Assembly (NCBI GenBank): GCA_965140415.1
Contig: OZ223209.1
Location: 1,152,001-1,216,000 of the forward strand
Length of the DNA stretch: 64,000 nt
DNA from: Myxococcota bacterium
GTDB lineage: Bacteria > Myxococcota_A > SURF-8
Reading direction: 5' to 3'
Position numbers and translations under genes: made by a program. Below are positions 28,911-38,555 of the stretch, piece after piece (within the stretch, counting starts at the first letter, position 1; every line of letters starts with the position of its first letter). The notes below the pieces were generated by a model. That model saw only the letters and a program-made list of their open reading frames with translations, searched no databases and was not told where the DNA came from.

Positions 28911-30977
28911 TTATTCTCCGCGCAGACGATCGGAAATTTGGCTGCGTAATTCGGCGTCTGTTGCAAACACAAACATGTGCACCGGGGTTTCATTCGATAC
29001 CGGAATATCGCTCAGGACAATACGGCGACCATCCATGGTAACAGGATAGGACACATCCTCCACTCGATCCGGAAATATCTCGAACACGTCATTCACTGCA
29101 AGATCGTCCGGTATGGTAACGGACACGCTTATCGTCCGTTCCGTTAAAATCCAGTGGGGTTCATCCTCAATTTGACCGAGCCCATAGAGCAAACAATCTT
29201 GATCGGTTGGAGCAATGTCGGCCGCCAAAGTTATGACTGGGACCACCAGAGCTTCCGGGCTGCGGATTGCTTCAGTTAGCGTGTCGGTGTCACTTGAGGC
29301 CAAGCCTGTCACATCACCTTCGCGAAGTAGAGGCCGGACACCACGCACCATCCAGTTGACATCTGACATGGCCTGCCAGGTATCTGGGAATTCCTTGGCC
29401 AACTCAGTGCCGGCCTGGAACCACATTAAGCCTTTACCGCCTGCCGCTATAACCTCAAATCCTTGAACTAGGATTTCCTGTGGATCGGGATTGATCGTCC
29501 AACCCCCAAGTCCTTGTGCGTATAGCCATGTCGGCCAAGGCATGTGGTTGTTGCGTGCGTTTCGCAAATAATCAAACGGCGCGCGCAGTGGAGGATGATC
29601 ACCAAAATTAAGGATATGGGGTGCACAGCCTGCCGCATAAATATCAATACCTTGCACGTCGGCCATTCCGGCGAACGCGCCGATATGCTTGTTGGTCATA
29701 GCTCCGTTGTAGGTGAGCAATTCCGGGTAGGACCGCCATATTTTCCGAGTCATAGTTGCTTTGTTTTCGGGCTTCGGTCCGCCCTCATCGGTCGTGTAAG
29801 ACCAGTCGGATTCATCGCCGGTCAAGATTCCTGCAATGGCCGATGTGTCAGTCAGGATGTCGAGTGGAGGATCGTCAAACGGAAAGTCGTCACCAAGCAA
29901 GACGTGAACGTCACCGCGAGCGGGCAAGGTTTCGTTGTACATGCTTGTATTGTCGTAACCGCAACCACTTCCGCCTCCCCAATAGTGGTAGAAAGTATCA
30001 AGTCCACCGGCAAGAAAGAAATCCGTTGCGGTATCATTGACTCCAGGCAGCGCACAATCGCCACCTTTCTGCCAGGCTTCTATTGGGAAAAACGGTTTCA
30101 GGTGTCGTCCCACGGCTGCGACCGAAGATTTGTTTTCCGTGTCGATAACAAGTGTCCATGCGCTGCCTGGTCCTGGAGTTTCGCACAGAGGTGCCGACCA
30201 TATCGCGTGCTCTTCTGGATTAAGTGTCGTTGATGGAATACAGATGACACCCCCTTCCATGAGATTAACGCCATTGTACAAAACGCGGGAAACGGTCACT
30301 GCATCATCTCCCGTATTAGTGACGTGAATCAACAAGGTATCGCGGGTGTTGTTGACAGTTACATAGCCAATCGCGAGCGGATGGATGCTAACATCGAACG
30401 TGCCGTTTACCGCTATGCCATTGTCAGTTTCAATTCGGATATGGCCACTCTCGGCACTATCCCATGAGCTACTTCTTGAATGAAACGCAAACCAGACGGG
30501 TTTTCCCGTTTCGACTTGTTCGGGCCACACATGCTGCCAGTCCATCGAGAGCTCTGCCAACAGATCAGTCACTTGGGTGTCGTTGATGAAAACTCCGGTC
30601 ACCGTACCAGTGACTTGGCTGATCGCCGCTATGTGAAATCGGCCGCCATCCAGCGGATCATCGAGAGGCTCGTTATATTGATCGCTGGGTAGATAGTAGT
30701 CTTTGCGGTAGGATGCATAAATGTCTGAATCTACAATCATCGATTCGCAGGCGGGCTGAACTGACCCGCAGCTGGCCAGAGCGGATATCGGTTCAAACCC
30801 GTGAATGTCGAATTCCGAAGACTCGGCATCCGTTCCATCCCTATCGGCCTGTTCCGTTTCAGTTGTGTCTCCATTATTGATGTCGCCATCCAAAGTATCG
30901 CTATTGGATGAACATCCCAATAAAAATAGTAGCAATACCGCTGGTAACAAGGCGGTTATCGGGCTCATTATTTTCAT
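28911..30977 (-). CDS. Uncharacterised lipoprotein, possibly with a TIM-barrel glycoside hydrolase-like domain
   Basis: Lipobox LLGC and DGD linker. The C-terminal half has TGDESDW, DVQGIDIY, PTWLYAQG and GGKGLMWF segments reminiscent of clan GH-A barrels. Confidence 0.6.
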   Translation of the reverse strand: MKIMSPITALLPAVLLLFLLGCSSNSDTLDGDINNGDTTETEQADRDGTDAESSEFDIHGFEPISALASCGSVQPACESMIVDSDIYASYRKDYYLPSDQYNEPLDDPLDGGRFHIAAISQVTGTVTGVFINDTQVTDLLAELSMDWQHVWPEQVETGKPVWFAFHSRSSSWDSAESGHIRIETDNGIAVNGTFDVSIHPLAIGYVTVNNTRDTLLIHVTNTGDDAVTVSRVLYNGVNLMEGGVICIPSTTLNPEEHAIWSAPLCETPGPGSAWTLVIDTENKSSVAAVGRHLKPFFPIEAWQKGGDCALPGVNDTATDFFLAGGLDTFYHYWGGGSGCGYDNTSMYNETLPARGDVHVLLGDDFPFDDPPLDILTDTSAIAGILTGDESDWSYTTDEGGPKPENKATMTRKIWRSYPELLTYNGAMTNKHIGAFAGMADVQGIDIYAAGCAPHILNFGDHPPLRAPFDYLRNARNNHMPWPTWLYAQGLGGWTINPDPQEILVQGFEVIAAGGKGLMWFQAGTELAKEFPDTWQAMSDVNWMVRGVRPLLREGDVTGLASSDTDTLTEAIRSPEALVVPVITLAADIAPTDQDCLLYGLGQIEDEPHWILTERTISVSVTIPDDLAVNDVFEIFPDRVEDVSYPVTMDGRRIVLSDIPVSNETPVHMFVFATDAELRSQISDRLRGE

Positions 30978-31001
30978 AACATCTCCTCAAACATTATGGG
31001 T

Positions 31002-31817
31002 TCAGCTCAACGAGGACAACAATCTAACCAGCGGATCGTCAGCGGTTATCAGAGTTGAGCGAAATTTCTCAGCGTAATCGTAGTCCGTGTTTTTAGCAGC
31101 TTGCTGTGCCGCGCCGAAAAGTAGCGCCTTCCAATAGTCTGCATAGTCTTCCGTGTTTCGATTTTTAATAAATGGAAGGCCAAACCCGGCGGCTTCCAAT
31201 CGTCTCTTCTGATCCATCATTGCCGTAACAAGCATCGTTTTGTGTTCGAGAACCGCCTGGATCTTTTTTTCGAGAGTTCGTTCGATATTCACCACGGTCT
31301 CGCCATGAACGAAATGGCGGGTGAAATAGTACTGCCCGAGAGGCGTGTGCGGTTCCAGTCCTTGCTCCATGTGCTCCGGGTGAAAGTTTGGATAGCCCGC
31401 CGCCCAGCTTGCATCGGCAGCGGCCTTAGCTGTAACGATATGATCGGGATTTTCGTCGTCCGCGGTCGCCGGGTCGAAACTCACGATGATCTGCGGTTTG
31501 AACTCACGGATCTTTCGGATCATCTTTTCGCGCAATTCGCCGTATGGAGCATCCATCAACTCGCAATCTCGATAATCCAGATCACATGTTTCTTGCACTC
31601 CAAGCGTTCTCATCGCCAGGTGAAACTCCTTTAGATTGATGGCGGCAGCTTGCTCGGGAGATAGTATAAACGAATCTTTTTCATCCTGCGTGACGCGCAC
31701 CACCAAGACATCACAATCCTCTTCCACCCATGATGCAAGCGTTCCTCCTGCAAAAAGGGTAATATCATCCGCGTGTGGTGTTATGGCTAAGGCGCGTCTG
31801 GGTACAAAAGTCGACAT
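31002..31817 (-). CDS. PIG-L/LmbE family deacetylase
   Basis: ITPHADD, AGGTLA, NPDH (His-to-Asn relative to the usual HxDH) and KKIQAVLEHKT motifs. No signal peptide. Confidence 0.85.
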   Translation of the reverse strand: MSTFVPRRALAITPHADDITLFAGGTLASWVEEDCDVLVVRVTQDEKDSFILSPEQAAAINLKEFHLAMRTLGVQETCDLDYRDCELMDAPYGELREKMIRKIREFKPQIIVSFDPATADDENPDHIVTAKAAADASWAAGYPNFHPEHMEQGLEPHTPLGQYYFTRHFVHGETVVNIERTLEKKIQAVLEHKTMLVTAMMDQKRRLEAAGFGLPFIKNRNTEDYADYWKALLFGAAQQAAKNTDYDYAEKFRSTLITADDPLVRLLSSLS

Positions 31818-31826
31818 GATTATCCC

Positions 31827-33503
31827 TCAGTCCAGATTGTCAAAGTTTACAGGCGTGTACGGATTGTTCGCATTATTCTCCACGGCCTGCTTGAAGGTGG
31901 GATGGGCGGAGAAGTTGGCGCTGTCAAGTGCTTCAAAGTCCGCTTTGATTTTTTCGTAATCGGCATCCTTAACATCTATACGGTAACCTGGATTGTCCGT
32001 TGGATGATAAAGCCCCCAAGTACTTGTGTCGGTATAATATTTCCATGTCCAGAATCCCCAGTGAATCCCTCTTTCGTTCAGTAGTTCCAGTACAAGATCC
32101 ATCCCTTCCACCGAAACATCCGGATGTCCGTCGTTTCCATCCGCCGCATTGAATTCACCCAGATATATGGGACATTCAAAGCGGTCAAAGGCATTACCAA
32201 ATTCTCTCAGATTGCGATCGATATTATTCAGATACTCCTGGGCTGTATCCCCACCCGGATAAAGGTGCAGAGAAAACATTGCGTTTTGCCAGCCCATCTC
32301 TTTGGGCGAACGGATACTGGAAAGCGATTTATAGCCATCTTCGATCATGATGATATGACGAGAATCGACTTCGCGAATGGCCTGATAAATCCCATCATGT
32401 ACACTGGCGTACGTCTCCACATCCGGCGACGCCATCGGTTCGTTCATCAGGTCGAGTATGGCAATATGCGGTTCATCTGCGAAATAACTGGCGATGGCTT
32501 TCCAAAGGCGGGTCGTTTTATCGATGCAGGCTTGATTGGTCCATAGAAATCCACCGTTCTCCAATCCTTGATGCCACGAGGTGCTTTGCCCACCCGGTGT
32601 ACCGTGCATATCGAGCATCAGATACACTTGATGTTTGCGCGCCCATCCAACCAAACGATCCAGTCGTTCCCAGCCATCCGGCTTGAAAGCGTTTTCGTCT
32701 TCTTCATCGCTTTCGAGCGCTTCGTACCAGATCGGAACCCGGATCAGATTCAAGCCCAGTTCCGCAACCCGTTGCACATCCAGTTCGGTGATGTAACTAT
32801 CCTGGAAGGTTTGTCGCAATTCCAGGTATTTTTCCTTACCGAAACGAGCATCAAGGTGTTTCCACAGCGAGCGTTCCTCGTAAATCCAGGGCTCGGATTC
32901 GAACCATGCCCAGAACTGATCCAAGCCGGGAAGATCCTGCTCTGTAGCATTTTGATAAGTATACGGTTTCCACTCCTGCATCAACATCCAATGGGATTTC
33001 GATTCGATCAACCAATCAAATGCCGTTTGATCGCGTGCGGATTCTACCAACTCTGCTACACCGAACTCCTCCGCTTTTGTTGGGATCAGCTCTAGAAAAT
33101 CCCACTCAAACAGCAAACCGACACCGGAGAGCCAAGTTTCCATCATCATCCAACTTCCAAAGTTCACACCACGCAACATGATTTTATTGTCATCTTCATC
33201 GACGATGTCCGTTCCATCCACATGCAAAAACGGTAGGGTCGCTGCTTCGGCAGGTGTTGGCCGGATTGGAAAGGTCTGCGTGTTCGGCTGGCAATCCGCC
33301 CATTTCGTATGATCGAGAGAAACATCTGCAAAGTCGGCATCACTTTCAAAATCAACATCCCCTTCATTCTCGATATCCGTTTCAACGTCACCATCATAAA
33401 CATCCATGTCGCCGTCCGGGACGGTTTCCCTGCTGGTTGTGTTGCAGGCTGGCAACAGGACGATGCTAATGATAAGTAGCCATATCGCCGGGGTCGTTTT
33501 CAT
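31827..33503 (-). CDS. GH5 glycoside hydrolase lipoprotein
   Basis: LRGVNFGSW, NLIRVPIWY, LDMHGTPG, LMNEP (acid/base) and YLGEF (nucleophile). Lipobox LPAC. Confidence 0.92.
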   Translation of the reverse strand: MKTTPAIWLLIISIVLLPACNTTSRETVPDGDMDVYDGDVETDIENEGDVDFESDADFADVSLDHTKWADCQPNTQTFPIRPTPAEAATLPFLHVDGTDIVDEDDNKIMLRGVNFGSWMMMETWLSGVGLLFEWDFLELIPTKAEEFGVAELVESARDQTAFDWLIESKSHWMLMQEWKPYTYQNATEQDLPGLDQFWAWFESEPWIYEERSLWKHLDARFGKEKYLELRQTFQDSYITELDVQRVAELGLNLIRVPIWYEALESDEEDENAFKPDGWERLDRLVGWARKHQVYLMLDMHGTPGGQSTSWHQGLENGGFLWTNQACIDKTTRLWKAIASYFADEPHIAILDLMNEPMASPDVETYASVHDGIYQAIREVDSRHIIMIEDGYKSLSSIRSPKEMGWQNAMFSLHLYPGGDTAQEYLNNIDRNLREFGNAFDRFECPIYLGEFNAADGNDGHPDVSVEGMDLVLELLNERGIHWGFWTWKYYTDTSTWGLYHPTDNPGYRIDVKDADYEKIKADFEALDSANFSAHPTFKQAVENNANNPYTPVNFDNLD

Positions 33504-33515
33504 GTTGTCATCCCT

Positions 33516-35804
33516 TTAATTCTCATTGGTATAGTGTTCGGATTCGCAAACGAATTCCGCAATATCAAAACCCCAAGCCGTCGGCAAATCTCGTTTCATT
33601 CCTATAATTACAGTCCTGTAGAAACCACTATGGCTCGGATTCCATTTAACCCTGTTGTCTATTGCACGTGCATCAGCCAGGCCAAACACGACGAGGTCAA
33701 CCGCATCTTCACTTGGCGACCAAACCCAGTTTTCGTTTGTTCTGCAGTTCTGTTCGGGCTGATAAAACGATAAAGATGTCACATTTCGATCTGTTACGGG
33801 TAAGGCTCTTACAGCATCCAGTAATTGGGCAACCTTACCAATGCTAAACACAAAGCGATTTTCACTGGAGCGCTCGCGAGCTTCTTCGGCTTTCAGCAAA
33901 GCGTCGTTGCCCGATTCACCGCCCTGTTTTTCCGCCAGTGCGCGAAGCGACCACAATCCCATTTCACCTTCGGACTGGATCTTTTGAAGCGGAAAAGCCA
34001 GTTCATCAACCAGGTCAAACGCCAGGGCGCTGTGGTGAACTTCGAACCGGATGGCGGCCATCCGCCCGAACAATGGCAACAGGTCGAATACTTCATTGAG
34101 ATCCGGATCGGAATCGTATTTTAGTTTCTGAATCAAAGAATCGATGGCCGTTTCCAGTTTACGGTGCCCCGTGTCTTCCTGTGCGTGACCGTCAAAGAGT
34201 TCCATAACAAAACGAAGGGTATCGATATCATTTTCACTGGAATCGTACGGCCTGATTCCGTTTTTCCCCTCCAAATCCGCCGCCACGTCACGACCCTTTG
34301 ATGGCTTGTATGGTCCCGGATCCTGCATAAACATCGCAAAGCTGCCGATATTCAATCGCGACAACCCACCTTGAATGGAAGCGTTGTGCATGATACCGGA
34401 TACCGAAGATAAGAGCGGCTCGTCCCGCCCGGAGAACGCACCAAGCAAAATACGCCCGGTAAAACCGTCCCCACCATCGTTCGCCCAGAAGTTGTCCCAG
34501 ATCACCGGTTTGCGATCAAGCGCATCCACAAACGCATCCAAGTCGGAACCGAACATGTTCAGATTCGAAGTGCCGGGTCCCGTCCACATGACAGCGATTT
34601 CCCGGTCTAAATCAGCCAGCGCGTTCAAATAGCCGACACCATCATCAAACATTGCGATGCGCTCGTCGCTATACACGGTCGGAACAAACATCATATTGAC
34701 GTCAGGATCCAGCAATTGCAGTTCGCCGAACAGGCGATTGGCAACCGAGACATGATTGGCTGCCATCTCAGCATCCACGGGATATTCCGTATCGAATTCG
34801 ATATCGTCCGCCAATAGTGCGATTCCACTGGCTCCAAGCTGGACAAATTCAGTCGCTTTGTTTCTCAGAATGTCAAAATCCTCATCTTGAGACGCATCGA
34901 AATCGATATAGGGGCTGATGCCGAAAAGGAAGGTGATCCGGGATGCTTTACTGTATTCAAACAAGTCCTGAAACCGGCTCTTTTCCGATTCCGTGTAGGG
35001 TTCTCGCCAATTCTCACGATGTTTGTCGTCCCATTTCGGGCAATACAGATAGGTCCCAAGACCGGTTGCGGCGATTCGTTCGATCATGGCGAGCCGTTCG
35101 CCCCACGACCACGGAACCCCATAGAAGCCCTCAATCACACCTGAGAGGGGAAACAATGGATCTGTTGCATCTTTAAAAACATCCGGCTCAGGCGGAATGA
35201 AGGATTCAGGCGCCCATGCCTTTATTTTCAGACTGCTCAAAGAAGCCGAGCCCTGTGTTTGGAAAAGAAGCTGTATGCATCCCGCCTCTGACCCTGAGAG
35301 ATCGATTTCTTCCCCGATTTCCTCCCAAATCAGACTCTGTTTTGCTTGGCCTTGACAGGCATCCATCAAGGTGATTGTCAGTTTTGGGATTTCTCCTTCA
35401 ACAGCCAGTTCTGCGCTTTCAATGGAAACCTGCTCATGCAACCACGGTTGCAAGTCGATCATCAGCGTGGTTTCGTTATTTTCCGGAATCTTCCAGGAAG
35501 TCTCGGGATTGTCGTCGCGAATGGTCGCGATGGCGTCCTGGCTTTCGATCGGCCAGGGAAAGAAGTCTTGTTTCGTATCACTCGCGTCGAGACGGCTGTA
35601 TGGAATCACATCAATCAAAACGAGGCGTGCTTCTACGTCGCCTTCGTCATGTTCTTGAACATCACTTTCGGCCTGATCCAGATCCGAATCTCCGTCAATA
35701 TCTGGAAGATCAGAGGATTCACCACTCGTACAGGCTGCAATTACCAGACCTGCCAGGCTCAACAGAACTATCGACATCCAATGTTTCATCCAAGTGACAT
35801 CCAC
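33516..35804 (-). CDS. GH84 beta-N-acetylglucosaminidase (O-GlcNAcase/hyaluronidase-like) lipoprotein
   Basis: GVIEGFYGVPWS, YCPKWDDKHRENWRE, catalytic LADDI, MWTG and WDNFWAND motifs. Lipobox IAAC. Confidence 0.9.
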   Translation of the reverse strand: MDVTWMKHWMSIVLLSLAGLVIAACTSGESSDLPDIDGDSDLDQAESDVQEHDEGDVEARLVLIDVIPYSRLDASDTKQDFFPWPIESQDAIATIRDDNPETSWKIPENNETTLMIDLQPWLHEQVSIESAELAVEGEIPKLTITLMDACQGQAKQSLIWEEIGEEIDLSGSEAGCIQLLFQTQGSASLSSLKIKAWAPESFIPPEPDVFKDATDPLFPLSGVIEGFYGVPWSWGERLAMIERIAATGLGTYLYCPKWDDKHRENWREPYTESEKSRFQDLFEYSKASRITFLFGISPYIDFDASQDEDFDILRNKATEFVQLGASGIALLADDIEFDTEYPVDAEMAANHVSVANRLFGELQLLDPDVNMMFVPTVYSDERIAMFDDGVGYLNALADLDREIAVMWTGPGTSNLNMFGSDLDAFVDALDRKPVIWDNFWANDGGDGFTGRILLGAFSGRDEPLLSSVSGIMHNASIQGGLSRLNIGSFAMFMQDPGPYKPSKGRDVAADLEGKNGIRPYDSSENDIDTLRFVMELFDGHAQEDTGHRKLETAIDSLIQKLKYDSDPDLNEVFDLLPLFGRMAAIRFEVHHSALAFDLVDELAFPLQKIQSEGEMGLWSLRALAEKQGGESGNDALLKAEEARERSSENRFVFSIGKVAQLLDAVRALPVTDRNVTSLSFYQPEQNCRTNENWVWSPSEDAVDLVVFGLADARAIDNRVKWNPSHSGFYRTVIIGMKRDLPTAWGFDIAEFVCESEHYTNEN

Positions 35805-35817
35805 GATACACCAGCCC

Positions 35818-36837
35818 TTAACGCAAAAGCGATTTCAACTTACCCCGTAATTCTTCGGCTCTGCCTTTATCCATTCCCTTGTGATGATATATGCCATAGG
35901 GCAACTGCGTTTCTTGTTTGAGGAAATCAGGGAGTGCGACAAGAGTTTCGACTATTTCCTTTTCCGTAACGCCTATCTGTTCCGGTTTATACCTAACTTC
36001 GGCTTTATCCAGGAAGGACTTAATTGGAGTAACATCCTGCTCCTGGTATAGCGCCGTTATTAAAATCGCCAAGGCAATCAATTCGCCGTGAATGTACGAA
36101 CGGTGGGTGATCGATTCCAGGCAGTAGGCGAAGTAGTGCTCCGAACCTTCTTCTGGACGGCTGTTGCCGTGCGTTTCGCACAATGCTACTTCACCGACAT
36201 ACAGCTCTGAGATTAACTTCAATCCCCCATTATCACAGGCGCGAACTGCTTCCGGTTTGGCAAGCAAATCATCGAGAAGCTTCTGAGATGCATGCGCTAT
36301 TGATTCATCATAGTCTTCTGCGACGGTATCGGCTGCCAGTTTCCAGTCATGCAGGGCCGTGAAGATGGAAAGAATATCGCCGACGCCCGCGCGGTTGAGC
36401 CGCTTGGGTGAGCGTTTCAGCAAATGAAAATCGATCAGCAGTTTTTCAGGCAGAATCTGACCGACATAGCGGACGTGGTGATCGACGCGCACACCGACCG
36501 CGCTCGTGAACGCGGCATCCACGCTTACAATGGACGGCATCAGGATCAGGGGTAGCCCTTTCATCCAGGCCGCCATCTTCGCCGCATCGCAAGCCGACCC
36601 GCCGCCAATGCCGAATAATGCAGATACCTCGGATAAGGATTCGATTTGCACCCTTAACGCACCTTCTTCCATAGATTTTGGGGTAACCACGAATTCCGGT
36701 GCAGATGGAAATTCATCCGCTACCAGATCCCACGCTTCCTCAGCACAAAAAACACCACACGTTTCAAATAAGCTTGGGTCTAGAGTTTGAAGAAGCTTTT
36801 CTCCATATATTGGCTCAGCCTGCCGTACCTCAGCCAT
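35818..36837 (-). CDS. sn-glycerol-1-phosphate dehydrogenase-like enzyme (EgsA/AraM family)
   Basis: GIGGGSACDAAK, PSIVSVDA, AGVGDI, SRPEEGSEH and HGELI motifs. Confidence 0.75.
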   Translation of the reverse strand: MAEVRQAEPIYGEKLLQTLDPSLFETCGVFCAEEAWDLVADEFPSAPEFVVTPKSMEEGALRVQIESLSEVSALFGIGGGSACDAAKMAAWMKGLPLILMPSIVSVDAAFTSAVGVRVDHHVRYVGQILPEKLLIDFHLLKRSPKRLNRAGVGDILSIFTALHDWKLAADTVAEDYDESIAHASQKLLDDLLAKPEAVRACDNGGLKLISELYVGEVALCETHGNSRPEEGSEHYFAYCLESITHRSYIHGELIALAILITALYQEQDVTPIKSFLDKAEVRYKPEQIGVTEKEIVETLVALPDFLKQETQLPYGIYHHKGMDKGRAEELRGKLKSLLR

Positions 36838-36848
36838 TTGTCATCCTT

Positions 36849-38402
36849 TCATTTTCCGTTTACCGTGGTGTCGGTTTCCGCCAAGCGGTCGAATACAACT
36901 CGATATCCCCGCATCAATCTTGCTGCCACGGTGGGCCCTGAAGAATGTCCTTGGGACCAGTGATTGTCTGGATCCAATTGATAGTGGGGAAAGATGTACC
37001 CTATCTCCACATCGCATAATCCGGAGATGAAGCGGTTTGGGGTGGTGATAAACTGTTCCAGGTAAGGTTCCCGCTCATAATCGGCATACTCTCCCGGGAC
37101 AGGTTCCGGGTCCGGATATTGCCCGATTACCAGTTCGGGAGTCATTTCACCGGGAACGGATATCCAGGTCATGACGTCGCCAAACAAAATGGCGCTTGCC
37201 GGGATATCAATACACGCAAACAAGTCGCATTCGTCACCATCATCGTATAAGTAGCCATCAAAGCCGTCAATCATGCCGCTTACTAGACCCGCATAGAATT
37301 CGAAGTTTTCGAGTACCAGTTTCTGTCTGACCATCGCCGAATTTATGGAAACACAAACCGGAGGATCGCTGCTGCCCAATGCGGAACCAATCACCTCTGC
37401 ATAAGCTTTCCCGATGCGTTCCGCATCCTCAAAGCTTTGCGTGCTCGGCGTCTGCATCAATCCCAACGCACCGGAAAAATAGATCGCCATGCCGCCGAAT
37501 TCCGCTTCGATTTCTTCGCGTAGATAATGAGGATAGTCTGAAGACAGGAGCAGATTTTCAGATCCTGCCGCTTCCGGGTGATTGGCAATGCTCATCATGG
37601 TGGAGATGACATCTCCATTTTGTGCCACGCCCTGGATGATGCCGATTGTTGGATCTTTCACATCCGGCGGATCAATATCCACAACGACATCTCTGGGCTG
37701 AATGGCGGAAGCGAATCGCAACTCACCGGGTTGCATATCATCGAGAGCTTCCACAGCCGCCTGCGCTGTCAATTCAACCACTTGATCGAGGTATTCCGGG
37801 GGCATCAGATCCCAAATACCCTGTGTATCAGGCCCCTGGTGGGTATGAGTGCTTGCCCAGTGAACGGTTCTTTGAGCGATATCGGCTTCCGGACGCAACT
37901 CGCTGATTCTATCGACCAAGCCGTCATAGCGAGCCAAGCCCAACCCGATGAGATCACTGGCGCAAAACAGGTAAGCCTGACCGTTTGCCTCTACAGCCAT
38001 ACATCTGCTCCAGAGTGAATCATGAACTCCCTGGGCCTGCCGTGCTCCAAATCCGGCTAAATATACGGGATCGTATTGTCCGTTCTCATTCGTATCCGCA
38101 TAACTTTCCTCATTCTCGCGCCAGGAGTTACCGTTGGTATCCTCGTATGGTTCAACGGTAGGCGTGATGTTGCGCTTTGCAGCACCTATCCTCATCGTGC
38201 AGGTGAAAGGAGAATCCATTTCGCCATTTTCAATATCTGCATCTTCCGTCGCATCAGATTCAACTACCTCGTTTGAATCGAGGTCTCCATCCGTGTTTGG
38301 CAATGCTTCATTGGATGTGCAGGCGGTTATGCAAGCCATAACGAGCCCTAAAAGCATCAGCAAACAAACCCGAAAATTAATGAGTTCATCTTTTTCAATC
38401 AT
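36849..38402 (-). CDS. Neutral/alkaline ceramidase-like metallo-amidase lipoprotein
   Basis: GAAKRNITP, GVHDSLWSR, STHTHQGPDT, ANHPE, SSDYP and PGEMTPEL motifs. EF-hand-like DTNGN/DTNENG insert. Lipobox ITAC. Confidence 0.72.
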   Translation of the reverse strand: MIEKDELINFRVCLLMLLGLVMACITACTSNEALPNTDGDLDSNEVVESDATEDADIENGEMDSPFTCTMRIGAAKRNITPTVEPYEDTNGNSWRENEESYADTNENGQYDPVYLAGFGARQAQGVHDSLWSRCMAVEANGQAYLFCASDLIGLGLARYDGLVDRISELRPEADIAQRTVHWASTHTHQGPDTQGIWDLMPPEYLDQVVELTAQAAVEALDDMQPGELRFASAIQPRDVVVDIDPPDVKDPTIGIIQGVAQNGDVISTMMSIANHPEAAGSENLLLSSDYPHYLREEIEAEFGGMAIYFSGALGLMQTPSTQSFEDAERIGKAYAEVIGSALGSSDPPVCVSINSAMVRQKLVLENFEFYAGLVSGMIDGFDGYLYDDGDECDLFACIDIPASAILFGDVMTWISVPGEMTPELVIGQYPDPEPVPGEYADYEREPYLEQFITTPNRFISGLCDVEIGYIFPHYQLDPDNHWSQGHSSGPTVAARLMRGYRVVFDRLAETDTTVNGK

Positions 38403-38441
38403 GGCAAAGCTTATCTCCTGAGTCTGAAAACAAGGCAACAA

Positions 38442-38473
38442 TGACGGCTGCTGTCTATTGACAGTTGCTGCCA
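38442..38473. promoter_or_regulatory. Two tandem pseudo-palindromes (putative TetR operators) at the head of the hydrolase operon
   Basis: TGACGG-ctg-CTGTCT (38442-38456) and TGACAG-ttg-CTGCCA (38459-38473), 40-70 nt upstream of ATG 38402. Confidence 0.5.
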
Positions 38474-38555
38474 ACAAATATCATTCCAAGAGACCTTTTG
38501 CAATGAAAATGGGTTATCGTAATCGTACGAAGGGATTCAGGCGGGGGACGAATGC

